Positions 61,242 through 64,000 of a stretch of 64,000 nt of DNA are shown here, in pieces. The stretch is from Tubiluchus corallicola. Taxonomy: Eukaryota > Animalia > Priapulida. Position 1 is the stretch's first letter; every line of letters begins with the position of its first letter. A model generated the notes under the pieces. The model did no database searches. It was not told the DNA's origin and saw only the letters and a list, made by a program, of their open reading frames with translations. The stretch lies in contig JAQGDQ010000249.1 in NCBI GenBank assembly GCA_030141605.1, forward strand, positions 1 to 64,000, read 5' to 3'. The position numbers were made by a program, and so were the translations under genes.

Positions 61242-61540
61242 AATTTCATATGGCTCAATATAAGACAGTGTCTGCATGCATCAGCAGTCGCTGTCTGTAC
61301 AAACGTCCCAATAAACCAGTTTTGAGTATTTGTAATGATAAGAACTAAACATGATTTTGACTCTGGTGAAATGTGAGTGGCTTCGTTTATTAATTGAAGC
61401 AGACATTAATTACGTAAATGATACAAAATCTGATTCAACTCCTCTCTTCCCCTCCCATTTTCTCTCTTATTGCATTTTGATCTATTCTTTATTATTCTAC
61501 TTTGTTCTACACTTTTGCCTTTTTGTTTTTTCGAGTTTAG
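60905..61540 (-). mobile_element. LINE remnant duplicated with the receptor unit, containing an expanded (TA)n at ~61200-61240
   Basis: Colinear with the other upstream spacers. Confidence 0.7.
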
Positions 61541-61602
61541 TCTAATCTAATCTAATCTAATCTAATCTAATCTAATCTAATCTAATCTAATCTAATCTAA
61601 TC
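61541..61602. repeat. (TCTAA)n microsatellite
   Basis: Read directly from the sequence; also present at 56373. Confidence 0.95.
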
Positions 61603-62143
61603 CTTCAATCTCAAGGTGGACTTGATCAAAGTAGGAGACACTAATCACGTGTTACTTTTCGTTTTTAATTTACAGTTTGCTCCTCGCTGTCTGGGTTAAG
61701 TATAGTACGTTTGCTCTTGTGTGGTTTCTGCATTCGCTAGCTCCAGTGCCGCATACAAAAGCCAAATCTTTAGATACCTAGCAAACAAATGCATAGCCAA
61801 TAAGTTCTGCAGAATTCTGCTTTTCAATATGTTATTATTTTAGGTGTTGAGGTAACATTAGCTAGGTGGTAATGTTAACACAGGTGGCAACAGGACGAGA
61901 AGCCTAATTAAACGCCAGAAAGTTTGACAGACAAAACGAACATATAGATTGGCACCTGGTAAATTAGCGCACACGCTATTATGATTAATGCAAATATATT
62001 TACAAAGTATATGTAACACATTGGCATTGTAGTATAAAAGTGGTCAGCTGAAAACATTTTCATCGTCATCCTCCTTCGATAGGCATATTATGATTGTGTA
62101 ATGTGAATCAGCTAAGTTTATTATTCACACTTCCAAAGCGAAA

Positions 62144-63526
62144 ATGTCGTTTGCATCATTTCTCAAAACTTGTGCCGTCACTTTTTATTTCCTTGAATGT
62201 TTTTGGACCGCTGGAATGTCGTGTAAGACTAAAATCAGGACTGAAAATTGCAACAGCTCGTACAACCAGTACAATTTAAATGCGCTTTATGTTAAAAACT
62301 TCAGAACACAGGGTTATTCACTCCACGGAGAGATGCTTCGAGTTGGAGCATGGAGAGACGATCCGACGAAGCCATATCTAGATCAACTGCTTACGATGCT
62401 CAGCCAAGCAACAAACTTTACGTACAAGGTGACATACATCAAACATTTGCAAACTCTAAAAAATGCAATTGATACAGGAGAATTCGACTTGTTTTTGGGC
62501 TTAGTCACCATGTTACCAGAAAGAGCAAAAAGCATGACGTTTCTTCACCCACTTGCTTACAATTCTCGTGTATTTATCACAAAAAGACATCAATTACAAG
62601 GTTTTAGTATAATAGACCCATTCACCACACTCGTGTGGCTGCTTCTGGTATTATATGGCATAGTTGTGGGTACAATACTTTACTATATTGACTACAGCAA
62701 AAACTTGCCGTACAACGAGGAAGAGATTATAAAATGCAGCAACTGCCAAAGAAAACTGGAAAAACCAGTGATAAAGAATGAAAGTAAGGCGTACTTTATT
62801 CAGTTCACACTGTCGTCATACCTCCAACAAGGTGGAACATATTTACCACAATGTTTATCTGCTAGGATGCTTATAGGATGGTGGTGGATTTTTGCTTGCA
62901 TCATCACAGCCATGTACATGGGCACACTGGTTAGTAAACTATTTGTAAGCAAGCAAGTTTATCCATTTTCTACGTTGCAAGAGTTGATAGACAGCGATAT
63001 AATTCCTGTTACAATAGGTCACTACAGCCCCACACTGCAAATGAAAAACAGACCTGAATTTAGACAACTGTGGCAGAGAATGACACTGGATCCTAATGTA
63101 CCTGTTGACAGTGCAGAGATGGCATTAGAACTGACAGCTACTGGAAAATACACATTCTTTACAGAACGGATTTATGCAAAGCTCCGCTTAGTAAAGGATT
63201 ATGAATTACGCGGAAAATGCAGATTTTCCATTGCTTTGTCTTTAAGTTTTTCGACACCATCAGCATTAGTTGTACCAAAGAAAAGTAACTATACTGAAGT
63301 CCTAAATTTTGCTCTTGCTACATTAAAAGAACACGGTCTTGTGGATGAACTGCTACAACAGTTACTGCAGCCTTCGGAAAAGTGTTTAGACTCACCTGTT
63401 CAGCATGTAGGCACGTTATCAATTAATGTGGAGCAACTTAATGTGATTTTTTGGGTGTTGATATGTGGAATCGGTGTAGCATTGTTTACATTTATTAGTG
63501 AGCTTGCTTACAAGAAATTTACGTGA
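62144..63526 (+). CDS. IR-like receptor copy 6, 460 aa
   Basis: Same architecture; M3 reads AMYMGTL. Confidence 0.93.
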   Translation: MSFASFLKTCAVTFYFLECFWTAGMSCKTKIRTENCNSSYNQYNLNALYVKNFRTQGYSLHGEMLRVGAWRDDPTKPYLDQLLTMLSQATNFTYKVTYIKHLQTLKNAIDTGEFDLFLGLVTMLPERAKSMTFLHPLAYNSRVFITKRHQLQGFSIIDPFTTLVWLLLVLYGIVVGTILYYIDYSKNLPYNEEEIIKCSNCQRKLEKPVIKNESKAYFIQFTLSSYLQQGGTYLPQCLSARMLIGWWWIFACIITAMYMGTLVSKLFVSKQVYPFSTLQELIDSDIIPVTIGHYSPTLQMKNRPEFRQLWQRMTLDPNVPVDSAEMALELTATGKYTFFTERIYAKLRLVKDYELRGKCRFSIALSLSFSTPSALVVPKKSNYTEVLNFALATLKEHGLVDELLQQLLQPSEKCLDSPVQHVGTLSINVEQLNVIFWVLICGIGVALFTFISELAYKKFT

Positions 63527-64000
63527 AAATCAACAGATATTGTACTAACCCTCTAATGTCCAATCATTTACCCTTTTCAAGGTCATCAATAACTGCTGCT
63601 TGTTGGCTGACCTTAAACTGTTTTCTTATCTAATGATGGTAGTACATGTGCAGCTAAAAATGAAGTGTGCCATGCAGTTCAGCATCATAACATAAAAACT
63701 GTCACTGATTTGACATAAAAAACTGATTTGACGCATTTAATCCACAATGTGTTTTTCAGACTGTTTCCTTTAAATAATCTTGTATTGTGAATGTGTCTTC
63801 AGCCATGAATACAGTGCACAATGTAGACATGTAGACTGTAGGTCTGGTTCCTGATTTAGACTTGGTGAGGCCCTAGACTATGTGAAGCCCTGGGCCTGGT
63901 CTCAGAAAACTTGGAAATATATACGCCTCTTAGTTATTTAATATCAAAGTGAGCAACACAAATTATTTTCAAATGAATGACTTACTGGCAACATATTAAT

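Overview
AT-rich, repeat-dense genomic DNA from an animal, most likely an invertebrate; the taxon cannot be fixed from sequence alone. In order along the window: (1) a ~4.2 kb fold-back (1-4184) centred on a 28-bp perfect palindrome, possibly an assembly artefact; (2) the last two coding exons of a GPR158/Smog-like class C GPCR (+), which the ORF track does not join; (3) an intronless kinesin-2 KIF3B-type CDS (+); (4) the terminal exon of PLA2G6/iPLA2-beta (-), absent from the ORF track; (5) a tandem array of six intronless, ATD-less, variant ionotropic glutamate receptor (IR-like) genes (+), five intact and one frameshifted, apparently nested antisense in a >31 kb PLA2G6 intron; (6) a complete 2550-bp hAT-type transposon inside the array, with perfect TIRs, an 8-bp TSD and a 680-aa transposase. 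The rest is MITEs, LINE remnants, mini- and microsatellites and one 804-N gap. The most interesting signals are the receptor array (changes at ligand-pocket positions, a genomically encoded R at the Q/R site, mosaic copies, varying promoters), the unusual transposon, and minisatellites arising repeatedly from transposon ends. All family assignments come from motif recognition by eye; no searches were run.
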